This document shows, piece after piece, positions 44,512 through 55,985 of a DNA stretch of 58,236 nucleotides; positions within the stretch are counted from its first letter, which is position 1; every line of letters begins with the position of its first letter. The notes under the pieces were generated by a model. That model was not told the DNA's origin and ran no database searches. It saw only the letters and a program-made list of their open reading frames with translations. The stretch comes from Rhizaria sp. SCN 62-66. Taxonomy: Eukaryota. The position numbers were made by a program, and so were the translations under genes. The DNA lies in NCBI GenBank assembly GCA_001724265.1, contig MEDY01000180.1:1-58236 (forward strand). Direction: 5' to 3'.

Positions 44512-47500
44512 ATGAAGCGACCTGTCCTTGTTCTGGCCGTACAGCGCGGCCAGAAACACGAGGTAGCCCGGTTGCTACGGCGTTCCGCAGCATCATCCTC
44601 CCCACCGACCTCACACTCCGCCACGGGCTCCTCTGGCGGGGTCACTGCGCCAGTCGTAAATGAGCCCGACCACGATGGCTTTACTCCACTAATGGAAGCT
44701 GCAGCGAACAATCACATATCAATTTTGACGTCATTACTCGAAGCCAAGGCGGACGTCACTCCGACAAATGCAATCGGTCGCAACTGCTTAATGGAGGCCG
44801 CCGCACGCGGGCATCCCGCCATCACACTTTGCCTCTGCCAAGCCAAGGCTGAGCTCGACCTCAGCAACACACGCCACCCGCTGCATCTCACGGCGCTGCA
44901 TGAGGCCGCCTCCCGCGGGCACTCGGGCGTCGTCTTCTGGCTTTGCGAGGCCCGCGCCGATGTCGACAAGCCCAACGCGTGGGGCGACACGCCGCTCATC
45001 ATGGCGGCCCACAACAACCGACTGGAGACGGTGCTCACGCTGCTGTGCCAGCGCGCGCGTCCGGACCTGCGCGGTGACGCCGGGCAGACAGCGCTGGAGG
45101 CGGCTGTGGCGCAGGGCCACTCGCGTGTCGCCGAGCTGCTGTCGCACCCGCTCGCGCGCGACGTGGCGCTGCTCAACAAGCTCTACGCCAGCACCAAGGC
45201 GGCGCAAAAGGACGTGCTGCAGGACGAGGTCAACTACGACGCCTCGGTGTCCTCGCGGCCCGTGCCCGTGCCCGCCGCGATGCCCCTGACGGCCTCGGCC
45301 GCGCTGGCCAACAGCACGGCTGCTCTCTCTGCCGCCTCGGACGCCGTGCTCAAGGCCGAGTACAAGCAGCTGCTCGCAGCCACAGACGCAGCCGAGCGCG
45401 CTATGATGCGCGCCGCCGCCGCGGGCGCGGGCGGCAACCCTTCGACGACGAACAGCAACAGCAACAACAGTAGCAGCAGTAGCGGCAGCGGCAGCGCCCG
45501 CATCAGCGCGCGCGGCCGCAGTAGCGCCGGCGACGACGACGACGGCGAGTGGCGCGAGGCCGTGTCTGCGCCGCTCGCCGTGGTGCGCGCGCTCGCGCTG
45601 CCGCAGCCTCTCACGGGGCCCGCGATTGGCCTCAAAAACACGGGCGGCGCCGCGGCAGGCGCGGGCGCGGGCAATGGTACGGGCGTCAGCAGCAACAAGA
45701 GCTCTCGCAGCGACGCCAGTAGCCCGCGCAGCAGCACCACGCTCACCAACAACATCCACAACCTTGCACACAGTAACGGTAACAACAACAGCAGCAGCAC
45801 AGCGGGTTCGGCGTACGCGGTGCGCAAGCAGCCGCTCAGCGCGCTGCCCTCATTCGGCGCGCTGCGTTGGGTGGCGACGGAGCCGCGCCGCACGGCCTGC
45901 GTCCCGCGCTCGGCCAAGGCGGCACACCTGGACTCGGTGCTGGCCGGCAAGGACGACGCTTTCCCTGTGCTCACTCTCACTGACGACGGCGCGTGGAGTT
46001 ACCTGGGCGACACGCTCTCGGGCGACCTCACCGGCACGTGGGAGGCGTGTCAGGTGCTTACGGTCGCGTCACTCGACGAGGCCGCGCGGGCCAGCGCCTC
46101 CGCTGCCTCCGCTGCCTCGGCCGCGGCGGCGCGGGCGGCGGTCGTCGCTCTGCAAAACCACGCAGCGGCGGCCGCGGCTGCTGCGGCGGCCGCGGCCGTC
46201 ACTGCGGCAATGGCCGCGGCCGCGGCGTCGGCCGAGGGCAACGCTGCTAGCGCCGCGGGCGTCTCTGGCGGCGGCAGCGGCGTCGGCGCGGTTTGGAGCA
46301 GCGCGACGCCGCCCGTGTCTGCGCGCTCGGTCCGCGGGCTCGCGCTGTCGACGGCGCTCAACGGCTCCGCGAGCGGCAACAACAGCAACAGCACGGCCGC
46401 GGGCGTGGCGTCCTTCTGGGACAGCCGCGGCGACGGCGCCGGCTCCGGCTCGGGCCCTGGCACCGGCACGGGCGCGACGCCGACCCCCGGGCCGCTCACG
46501 CGCCGCATCTCCGGCTCGGGCCCGCCGTCCAGCCCCAGCCGCGGCCACGGCGGCGTCGCGGCCGTGGCGCCCGGGTGGAGCGGTGTCCCGCTGTCGTCGG
46601 CGACGCCGCCCGCCGTGCTCGCAGACCGCCACGCGGACCGCCTCGCGGACCGCCACAGCGCCTCGGACCGCGCGGCCGAGCGCGGCGGCGGCAGCGGGAC
46701 GCCGCGCGCGCCCGGTACGCCGCGCGCGCCCGGCACACCGCGCAGCATCACTCCCCGCGGGCTCACCGCGCGCGGGCTCCTTCTCACCAGCAGCAACGGC
46801 AACACGGGCGCGGCCATGAGTGTGTCCGGCGGCACTGCGGCGACCGCGGCGGCGACGACTGCGGCGGCGCTCGGAGGGCTGGGGCTCGGCGCCGGCGTGG
46901 GCGCGCTTAACTTCGGCGCGCCCACGGTCACGGCCTGCCCCGGCGTTCTCGCCGCCTCCAGCGCATCTGGCGCCACTGCCGCCGGCGCTGCCGGTGCCAC
47001 TGGGGGCGGTGCCAGCGCGTCTGGCACGCCGGTTTGGGCGTTGCGGTCGCGCTCTCTGTCCATCTCGCTCGCCGACTCGTCCTCGGTCGTCGTCACGGGT
47101 CCGCTGTCGTCGTCATCGGCGTCGTCGTCGGCCTCGGCGGCGACGACGGCGGCAGTGACGACCAACGCCAGCAACGCTGGCTCCAGTGCCAGCCTCCTCG
47201 CCGCCACCGGCAGCGTGGGCGCAGACACGGGCCGCGCCGGGTCCGTGACGCCTACGGGCATGCCCGCGCACCTGCTCCTCACCGGCGGCGCCGGCAACAG
47301 CAACAACAATCACGCGGCCAACACCAGCAACAGCTCGCGCGACGTCTACTCCCCCAACGGCGGCAACGGCCACGGCTACCCTCATGGCCACAGCGTCGGT
47401 ACCGGCTCCGGCGCCGGCCGCGGCGCGTCCCCGGCGCACAGCCAGCTGCTCGCAGACGCCACCGCGGCCGCTGCGAACGCTGCCAACGCGGCGGCGACGG

Positions 47501-48288
47501 CGACGGCAGCCGCAGCCGCCGCGGCCGCTGCGGCCGCCGCGCTGCCGCCGCTGCGGCTGCCGTCGGTGTCTGAGCTGGGCCCGGCCGTGCTGCCGTACAG
47601 CTACCTGATCCGACTGACGACGACGCCGCCGCGCGGGCCCGATGGTGCGTTTCTGTTCCCGCAGCAGGTCGTGTCGTTCGTGCTGGGCCGGCAGATCCTG
47701 CTGGGCAAGCTCGTCATGGAGCTGCACGAGCACGCCGTGCCCTGGTGGCAGTTCGACTTTAGCACCACCGGCAATATCAGTAGTAATGCGAGTGCTTTTA
47801 TCAGCAATCTGAGTACGATTTCAGCGGGAGCGGGCGCGGGGGCGAGTGCGAGCGCGAGTGCCGGTGTGACCACGCCGACCGTCGCGGGCGCCGCCACACC
47901 CCTGTCTCTCACGGTGACTGCGCCTTCCCCGATTCCTCTTGCTACGAGCCCTAGTGGGACTGCCTCCACTGGCTCTGGCTCAAGCTCGGCCGGCAAAAGC
48001 GCAGGCGCTGCTCCCGTGGCGCTGCAGCTGCACCAGCACGTGGCTGCCGCCTCCGCCGCCGCGGCCGCCGCCGTTGCGCCAGGCACCCTTGTCGGAGGCA
48101 AGGCCGCCGCACAAGCATACACGCCGTCGCCGTCGCCAACGCACGCACACTCGGTGCCGCAGCCGTCCCGCACGCTGCCTCCGGCGGCGGCGGCGACGCA
48201 GCCGCAGCAGCCGCCGCAGCAGCAGCCGCAAACGCCGCCGCAGCAGCCGCAGACGCCGAGGCGGCGCAGTGGGCTTTATGTAATGTAA
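44512..48288 (+). CDS. Ankyrin-repeat protein with a long low-complexity C-terminal region, about 1258 aa (start codon uncertain)
   Basis: Ankyrin repeats GFTPLMEAA, GRNCLMEAA, LTALHEAA, GDTPLIMAA, GQTALEAA. Stop is TAA. Confidence 0.85.
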   Translation: MKRPVLVLAVQRGQKHEVARLLRRSAASSSPPTSHSATGSSGGVTAPVVNEPDHDGFTPLMEAAANNHISILTSLLEAKADVTPTNAIGRNCLMEAAARGHPAITLCLCQAKAELDLSNTRHPLHLTALHEAASRGHSGVVFWLCEARADVDKPNAWGDTPLIMAAHNNRLETVLTLLCQRARPDLRGDAGQTALEAAVAQGHSRVAELLSHPLARDVALLNKLYASTKAAQKDVLQDEVNYDASVSSRPVPVPAAMPLTASAALANSTAALSAASDAVLKAEYKQLLAATDAAERAMMRAAAAGAGGNPSTTNSNSNNSSSSSGSGSARISARGRSSAGDDDDGEWREAVSAPLAVVRALALPQPLTGPAIGLKNTGGAAAGAGAGNGTGVSSNKSSRSDASSPRSSTTLTNNIHNLAHSNGNNNSSSTAGSAYAVRKQPLSALPSFGALRWVATEPRRTACVPRSAKAAHLDSVLAGKDDAFPVLTLTDDGAWSYLGDTLSGDLTGTWEACQVLTVASLDEAARASASAASAASAAAARAAVVALQNHAAAAAAAAAAAAVTAAMAAAAASAEGNAASAAGVSGGGSGVGAVWSSATPPVSARSVRGLALSTALNGSASGNNSNSTAAGVASFWDSRGDGAGSGSGPGTGTGATPTPGPLTRRISGSGPPSSPSRGHGGVAAVAPGWSGVPLSSATPPAVLADRHADRLADRHSASDRAAERGGGSGTPRAPGTPRAPGTPRSITPRGLTARGLLLTSSNGNTGAAMSVSGGTAATAAATTAAALGGLGLGAGVGALNFGAPTVTACPGVLAASSASGATAAGAAGATGGGASASGTPVWALRSRSLSISLADSSSVVVTGPLSSSSASSSASAATTAAVTTNASNAGSSASLLAATGSVGADTGRAGSVTPTGMPAHLLLTGGAGNSNNNHAANTSNSSRDVYSPNGGNGHGYPHGHSVGTGSGAGRGASPAHSQLLADATAAAANAANAAATATAAAAAAAAAAAALPPLRLPSVSELGPAVLPYSYLIRLTTTPPRGPDGAFLFPQQVVSFVLGRQILLGKLVMELHEHAVPWWQFDFSTTGNISSNASAFISNLSTISAGAGAGASASASAGVTTPTVAGAATPLSLTVTAPSPIPLATSPSGTASTGSGSSSAGKSAGAAPVALQLHQHVAAASAAAAAAVAPGTLVGGKAAAQAYTPSPSPTHAHSVPQPSRTLPPAAAATQPQQPPQQQPQTPPQQPQTPRRRSGLYVM

Positions 48289-49814
48289 GTAGCAAGTACT
48301 TCATGTATAGCTCTCAAGTGTTTGTCTTCGTACCTTCTGAAGGTACACTTTGTATAGTACTCTGTGATTGCCCCCCCCCTTATCCCCATTGCTCATGTGT
48401 CAAAGTTCCTCGTCGAGGTTCCCAGTGTAACGTGATGAAATGTAACCAACGCGCGTTTCCGAATCATGTGTGTTTAGCACCACCGAAGTAAGTACTTTCG
48501 CCACAACCGTTTTTTAAGTTTTCGGCTTGTCGAAGTACTTTTGATTTCATATTGCTCTGTTTTGTTGCGACATTTTTGTTGCTGTGATTACACTGTCCCT
48601 CATTACACGGCACTTCGCTGTTCACTTGTTGACGTTGCCCCTAATTTGTTGCTGTTGTCGCGGAGCGTGTTTCGCCCTCTATTTGTTCTCGACGCCACTC
48701 TCTTTGCTGCCCCCTATCCCCTGTGTACTCATGTGTTCACTGAAGCAATCCATGTTTCTGTGTTACACGTGTGTGTTTGCGTTTGCATTTATATGTGTAT
48801 ATGTATCCCTCTTTTCCCCCCTCTTTTTGTCTTGTTTTTCCTTCGCTTGCTCTCCTCATTTGTCCCCGAAATCTTTATTATATCAAATTGCGTTGATTTT
48901 TTGTATGCGTTTTATTTTTTCGCTTAGTCCGTGCTTTCGTAACTTCATTATCTGTTTTAGTAAGTCATTCCACGACACACCGCTTTATTTGCTTGCTCGT
49001 GGCTATGTCGCCCTTCCCCTTTTCTGCCTGTTTCAGCTCTGTGTGTTCTTCGCACTCTGCCTGTGCCAACCCACGAGTCTGCGAACGTGCTAGTGACCTT
49101 TTTCGCGTTGCCTCTCGTCTTCATTCGTGGGCGTCGTGTTGCGTGTCTCGTTTGCTTTTCATGTTCTTTCTATCAATTCCCGTTGTTTCCACTTATGCGC
49201 TACGCTCTGTCTGCTCTCGCTTGCTGTTCATGCTGCGGTTTTTCTAGAGTGGCTATTGTCACGATTGATTCGTACAATCGCCATCTCTGAACATCACAAA
49301 GCATCTCATCATCCAAGCAGCTCCAAGCAGCGCCAAGTAACTTCAGCGCATCGCATCACGACCCCATGTTTCTGCACGACATCTCATCATTATGCCGTAG
49401 TCTTGTCCTGATCAGTTGCTCCTTTCAGCATGGTCAGTCTGCTTTGGTGCCTTGTGCGCGGCGACAAGATTGCAACTCTCATAACATCAAAAATCCCAAT
49501 AATAATCACCACATCTTTTAATGTATATTTCCGTTTAATACCTTGTTGTCATTCGATTCCACTCATGACAATAGCGTCACGCTCAGTATTTGGTCTTAAG
49601 AAGAAAGAACATTCGTCGCAGTCCCAAACAGCACATTCATCGCGAGCAGCACTGCGTCGCTCATCGCCAGGAGCAGCGTGTTATCTTTACTGTGTAGTTG
49701 GCTGTTGATGCCACATTACTGCTCTTGCATCATCTGCTAAAGCAAGTATGGCAGCGATGTTCGGTGTGCACAATCGAACCGCTGCATGGACTGTGTTCTT
49801 TTCATGTTAATTTA

Positions 49815-49844
49815 ACAGTTAAATCGTCGACAGTTAAATCGTCG
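49815..49844. repeat. Perfect 15-bp direct tandem duplication ACAGTTAAATCGTCG x2
   Basis: Directly visible in the non-coding region. Confidence 0.9.
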
Positions 49845-52161
49845 TGTTGTTTCACGTACACGATTTTCAATGTTTGCGGACGCTTGTGTTTTATGTGTTT
49901 ACGTTTAGTGATCATTAGTTATCTGTACCTTTGTTTTATCTCATTGAATTATTTTATCCATTGTTTTTATCCGGATCATATTCTAGCTACTCATTTGTTA
50001 TCTCTTTCGTGCGTTTTGTTTCGTTGCTGTTTCTGCCTGCACACTCTTTTTTTTCTGCAGTTCATCAACCCTTTGTATTGCTGACAAACTTGCTACATTA
50101 CCGTTAATAGCAAGCTTGTTTGCAAGGTCAGCTCGTTCAAGCCTATCACCGTTTTTCCGTCATCACCGTCATAGGCTGCTTTTTCACGTCCAGATCGCCA
50201 TTGACGCTGCTGTTGTTGTTTGCTAAACGCAGTGAATTCTCGCGAGCTGTATGTGTTTTAGACGTGGAGGTTTGCAGATGTTTCTTTTTTTAACATGTGT
50301 TTTTTTTGGTCATCCCCGCCCCTGTTCCTCTTGATGTCCTAATTCATCATCGCGCTCCCGCGGTGTTTGTATTGCCTTCACCATTGCCGTTGCCATAGTT
50401 ACTTGGTTACTGTCGCCCCCATCATTTCTGTCGTCTTCACCGACGTTTGCTCTGCGTGTTGTCATGTCTGCGCATTCACTCTTTCATTCTTTCATTCTCT
50501 CTTTCGTTCTCTTATGTTTGCATCCTGCCCTGTTCTGCTCCGCCGCGACGCTGCGTCATCGTGACCTTCAGCAGAGCTCGCGCGCCGATGTTCGAACCAG
50601 AACCTTTCACCCCTCCATTCTCGTCACTGTTCTGCTATGTTCTATTCTGCCCCACTCTGTGTTTCCCATTACGTTAGGTCTATCTTTCTCCCTGGTGATC
50701 AATCCTTTCTTATGTTGTTTCGGCCGTCGATCCTCTTACACACACACATCTCACCCGCGAGTATGTATAATTTCTAGCCTACTTTGCTTTCTGCACTCAA
50801 TTCCGCCTCCGCTCCGTCGGAGTGCCCCCCGAGTCGCATCCTATGTATGTCCACATCGTGTGTATCAGTACCAACGCCATTTATCTTTTCATTTTACCCG
50901 TTATCACTTAGTTTATTTTGGTTTATTTTTATCTACTAGCATGTTTTTGTCTTCTTGTTTCCGCGTTTGACGCCGCTGCCGTCGTCGTGATATTTTGACC
51001 ACACGTTCTATACGAGAACATCAACTCCTCGGCTTTATCCTCCTGTCTCAAAAGCAATTGCTTGCTTTGGTGGAGACATGAGTACTCTCGCATCATACCC
51101 GTGTGAGTCCTATTGCCAGGTACACACACACTTATTGTGTGCTAACAGAGTACCGCTGTGTGAAGTTGTAGTCATCGTATTTTACTTGGTCTTCTGACCA
51201 CGACTCTGTGCGCCGCATCGCAAAACACAAGACCTTATCCATAGCAACGACAATATCAAAATCAACAACACAAACAACATATGTATCTATTCCTTATCAA
51301 TATCCCTTTCGTCACCAGCCTCGTCATCACCTTCAGCATCACTTAACACATTACACTCAGCCACCTTTTCATGCACACACACACACACTCGCTCGCTCTC
51401 TCGCTCGCTCGTAACCAACCCAAGCAACCCTCGCCGCGTGCGCCCTCGTCCTTCGCTGCCACTCTCGCTGCGCTCCACGCGCGACGTCCGCTCTCGGTTG
51501 TGCACTGCTCTCGCCCCACTCTCTTTCATACCCACTTGCTTTGTCGCAATCATCGCGGCACTCATGGTATGGGAGGAGTTGGGGTCGGTCCGTGTCGTCG
51601 TTCGCGTTCGTAGCCGTGGGTCTCAACCTGAAGTGCAAAGCGGCTCGGGGCGCGCTGGCCGCAAGCCATGTAGCCGTGTCTTTGCTTTATTTACGTTTAT
51701 TTCAACGATCAGCAGTATTCTCCGTGTCAACGCCTTGTATGCTCTATATTGCGTTGCTTATGTCCACGATCTCTATCCTTTTTAAGGGTCTCGCCACAAA
51801 TTTTCATCTCCTGACAGTCGTGTTGAGAATACTACTATATGTTGTCGTAAAAGTAGATGTTTTAATCAAAGCCACACAATACACACCGCGCTTGCTCGCA
51901 CTATATGGTATTTTGCCTAAGAAAGCTGGCCTAAGAAAGCTGTTTCTCCAAACCAAGCGATCTCTCAGCATGGATAATGTACCTGAAGTACAAATATTCT
52001 TTTGCGAAAAGGACTAAGACATATACTTATAATAACTATGTATGCATTTGTTTTATACCATAAACCGTAACATTGTTCTTTTTCAAGCGCAGCCTTCAAT
52101 GCGTGCGTTTGCCTCATCTGGCTTGCTTTGCTGGCTGCATTGCCACGGGCGACAGACGCGC

Positions 52162-52810
52162 TTAGGCGTCCCTCTGAAAGGACTCCATGGCCGACAACAG
52201 GTCCTGCAGCCCCTCGCGGTGCACGGCGAACTTGTCGCGGACTGTGGGCAAGACGCGGAAGAGCTCCTCGATGTCGAAGAGGCCGAGGTTGACGATGCTG
52301 GCCGCCTCGAGCGGGTCCAGACTCGGCTGCAGAGGCATGCCGGAGGCCGCGAGGTGCTCGTTGTCGCGCGCGACGCGCTCCAAAAAGGTGTCGACAGCGC
52401 GGCGCACCTGGCGCGTGCTGTCGGCGTTGCGGAACATCTGGCAGGACGTCAGGTAGTTGCGCGTGGTGCGCTGCAACTCCCTGAGTAGAAAGCGAGGACA
52501 ACAAAATGCGGAAGTATAGGGGAGATATAAGAGATTGATGGCACCACGTAAAAAAATCGAATAGAACCAGTGACGCAGTATGCAAAGTCCGCCATGCAAA
52601 TGTTGTACGGATTCATAGTAGAGCAGTCCCGGGACAATGAGGAGGAGCAAGATGAAGTATTGATATGTGGATTGCTGTGACGTACTGGACGGGGTTGTCG
52701 TTGTAATTGGTATGCTCAGCACTGGCCTTCTCGAGGAGCTCGTTGGCCTCATCGTTCCAAATCCACTCAGCGTTCTTGTACTGGGGGCCGGGCACAGGGA
52801 GCGACGACAT
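52162..52810 (-). CDS. RPB4: RNA polymerase II subunit RPB4-like protein, 147 aa. Exons 52810-52686, 52480-52162
   Basis: YKNAEWIWNDEANELLE, TRNYLTSCQMFRN, LDPLEAASIVNL...IEELFRVLPTV...LQDLL follow the RPB4 layout. Intron 52685-52481 (GTACGT..CAG); stop is TAA. Confidence 0.75.
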
Positions 52811-53350
52811 ACGTACTGCCGAGGGATGCGCGCGAGACAGGGAAGCAGTCGAAGGGGAATAAGCAGGAGACGTATAGAGAAAGATGATGATCAATTTGAG
52901 AGAAATCAGAAAAATATAATATACCGAATTACAATTGAACCCTAAGGTAATCGCTTTGATATCGCCTATCGGTTCTACTGAGATGCGCTATCCATTTGAA
53001 GTTGCCCGTCTGTGCGTCGTGCGGCTGACCGGTGCCAACGGCTGGGGTTGATCTTCTGCTTTCACTACTCCATACAGGCTTGTATCATCGTCACATTCGA
53101 ATGCAACGGCGCATACGCGCTGTTACCGCTACCATGTTTTTATTATATAATTAGTTTTCGCGAGATATGTAAGCTCACCTCTTCTGCTTGCTCGCCCCCC
53201 CCACCCCTGCACCACTTGCAAGTCAGCAAGTAAACTTTCTCGCCTGCGTCTGACGAGCGCGCATCCATTTCACGAAGCCACAGTTCGCTATCACTAAACC
53301 ACTACGTTTTTGTTAAACGGTACCACCGCTGTCTTTTTGTAAGCTCTCAG

Positions 53351-55151
53351 ATGCAGACCGCCATGTTCCCGGACAATTCGTTCGGTGGTGAAATGGGCTC
53401 GATGGACGGGATGTCCGGCATGGGCGCCCCGCAACAGCAACAAGGTACGCGTGATTTCGCGGTGTAACACGCGACTATCACTGCTTATTTTTATTATACT
53501 ACCTCATCATTTCGCTGCGTCCTGCTCGTCTATTTGTCCTTTTATCATAGGCTGGGGCAGCCGCACCCACCCTGCTCCTCCTCAGCAAGCCCCCATGCAA
53601 CAGCAGCAGCAGCAGCCTCAGCAACAACAACAGCAGCAGCAGCCTTTGCAGCAGCAGTCGCAGGGCTTTGGCGGCGGCTTCTTCGGCGGCTCCTCCCCTG
53701 CCGCGAGCGCCGCCGCGTCCGTGCTGGGCGCAGGCATGAGCTTCATGACGTCCCAGCTCGTCGGCCCTGCGGGCAGCGCGGCCAGCGCCAACTCGGCCGC
53801 CGCGGCGGCTGCGGGGCCCAGCTCCGCGCACGACGCATTCGCCAAGGCTGCCGCACAGGCCGCGCTTGACTCGGGCTCGTCGTACGTGCGCCAGAACGTC
53901 AAGGGCTGGTTCTCCTGGCTATCGCTCGACTCGCTGCGGCCCTACTTCCACGTCTCTAACACCTACGTCGTCAACAAGATCGCGCTCGTGCTCTTCCCCT
54001 ATCCGCACCGCGACTGGCAGCGCAAACCGCAGGGCGCGTCTCTGTCCGTCGCGCTCGGCGGCGGCGGCGTTCTCGGCGCCCCTGAGACGCTGTCGCGGTC
54101 GCCGTCCCTGATTCAGCAGCAGCAGCAGCCCGGTAACGGCTTCGGCGGCTTCAGCGGCGGCGGCGGCGGTAACTCGATTGCGTCGACCCCCGGCGCGTCG
54201 CCGCCGCTGTTTGCGGCCGCCGCGCCCGCGCCGCCCTCGCGGCCAGTTCCGCCCCATGTGTTGGCCGCCGCCGACGGGATGCAGTTGCCACCGGACGACC
54301 TCAACGCGCCGGATCTCTACCTGCCGCTCATGGCCTTCGTCACCTACGTGCTGCTGCGGGGCTACATCGCGGGGCTCTCGGACCGCTTCCACCCCGAGCA
54401 CCTCAGCGCGCTGGCGTCCAGCACCTTCGCGATGCTCGCTGTGGAGCTCATCCTGCTGCGCCTGACCGTCTTCCTCGCAGGCTCCGCGCTGGCCGCGCCG
54501 AAACTGCTCGATTCGGTCGCCTATGCTGGCTACAAGTACATCGGCTTCATTGCCACGCTCGGCGCCGGCCTCGTCTTCGGCCGCGCGGGCTTCTGGACGC
54601 TGCTCGCGTTTACCTCGCTGTCGCAGGCCGTCTTCTCGATCCGCGTCGTCGCCGCCGCCACCGCGGCCGCCGCCGCCGCCGCCTCGCTGGGCGCGGCGGG
54701 TGGGACGCAGCACGAGACGGCGGCGGCCGCGTCGTGCCGCCGCACGTCGCTGCTGCTGCTGGGTGCGATGCAGGTTGTCATCGCGCTCTTCCTGCTGCGC
54801 GGCGCCATGCCCGACAGCCTCGCCGCGTCGCTCATGCCCCTCGGCGCCGGTAGTAGCACCGGCAGCGCCGGTGGTAGCGGCGGCGGCGGCGGCGCGGGTG
54901 TCGGGATGGGCGCGGGCGCGGTCGGGGCCGGCGGCGCGGCGGTGGGCAGCGGGAGGCGCGCGGGCAAGATGCCCAAGCTGCAGCGGCAGCCCGCGGTGGG
55001 GCCCGACGGCGACCGCGACGGCGACGGTGGTGAAGGGGTTGTGGCGGAGCGCGCTGCTGCGGGCGGCAAGAACCGGGCCAAGGGCGCGGCGCGGGGCGCG
55101 GTGGCTGAGGCCGAGGCTGACGATGAGTTTGAGGGTGATGACGACCAGTGA
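53351..55151 (+). CDS. YIF1: YIF1 ER-Golgi membrane protein, about 564 aa. Exons 53351-53444, 53551-55151
   Basis: LRPYFHVSNTYVVNKIALVLFPY, DLNAPDLYLPLMAFVTYVL, RFHPE, LLDSVAYAGYKY. Intron 53445-53550 (GTACGC..TAG); stop is TGA. Confidence 0.93.
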
Positions 55152-55985
55152 GTGGAGTGAACCCGTCGACGCTAAAGTCCACGTTACTCTGAGAGTGGGC
55201 CACGGCCGGTTGAAGCTGTTGAAGCCGCTAACGAATCGACGTCGTTCAGCGACAGCAACAGCGACGCGCTCAGGCGTGGTCTCCGATATGTGAAGAAAAA
55301 TCAAGCACATGTGCACGCGTCTCTAACGAGCACTGAGTGTGCAGGGCAAACATAGGCGAATACGTTTGTGGTTGGAATAGACTCTGTATGCATTGTATTA
55401 CGCATAATATGACACATGATCCTTGTTCCAAATCAGTCTATACATATTATTGTGCTTGTTTTCAAAACGAACATTGTTTTTGAATCGATCTGATATGTAT
55501 GACAGGAAACCTGGGAATCAGTTGCCATGGTCGCTGGGTCGCGGCTTACCTTAGTTGCCTCGGCTGGCAGCAGCCTCCCAGCAGAGTTTTTCTTTCTTTT
55601 TTAGATATTGAGTTGTGTTTTTGCCGTTTTATTAAACAATCAATTAGGAATACGACGAATATACCCAATAAGTTTGATTGCACACCATCGAACGTCATAA
55701 TTTATCACAATCTTGATCAGTTTCTAAGGCCATCCTCTCATCCTCCTCCTTGTTTCCTGGTTTGCCCGCTTCTTTTTGCTCTCTTGCGCTACCGGCACCG
55801 CCCACAATAGCCTCTCGCGCTTGCCTGCAGTTTTCATAGACAAATTAACCTACTTCTTTTGGTGCATTGGTCTCAGTCCGCTCCGCTTTCTCCTGCAAGC
55901 GACACATAAACATTAAAGCGCTGTCCTGCTCTTGCTCTCACCACTCAGTTTGTTGAAGGTCGGAGCGTTCCCCACAACACAGCAG

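Noticed and set aside
48289-52161. Telomerase RNA or snoRNA cluster
   Set aside because: No clear telomeric template or paired C/D boxes with terminal stems could be identified by eye.
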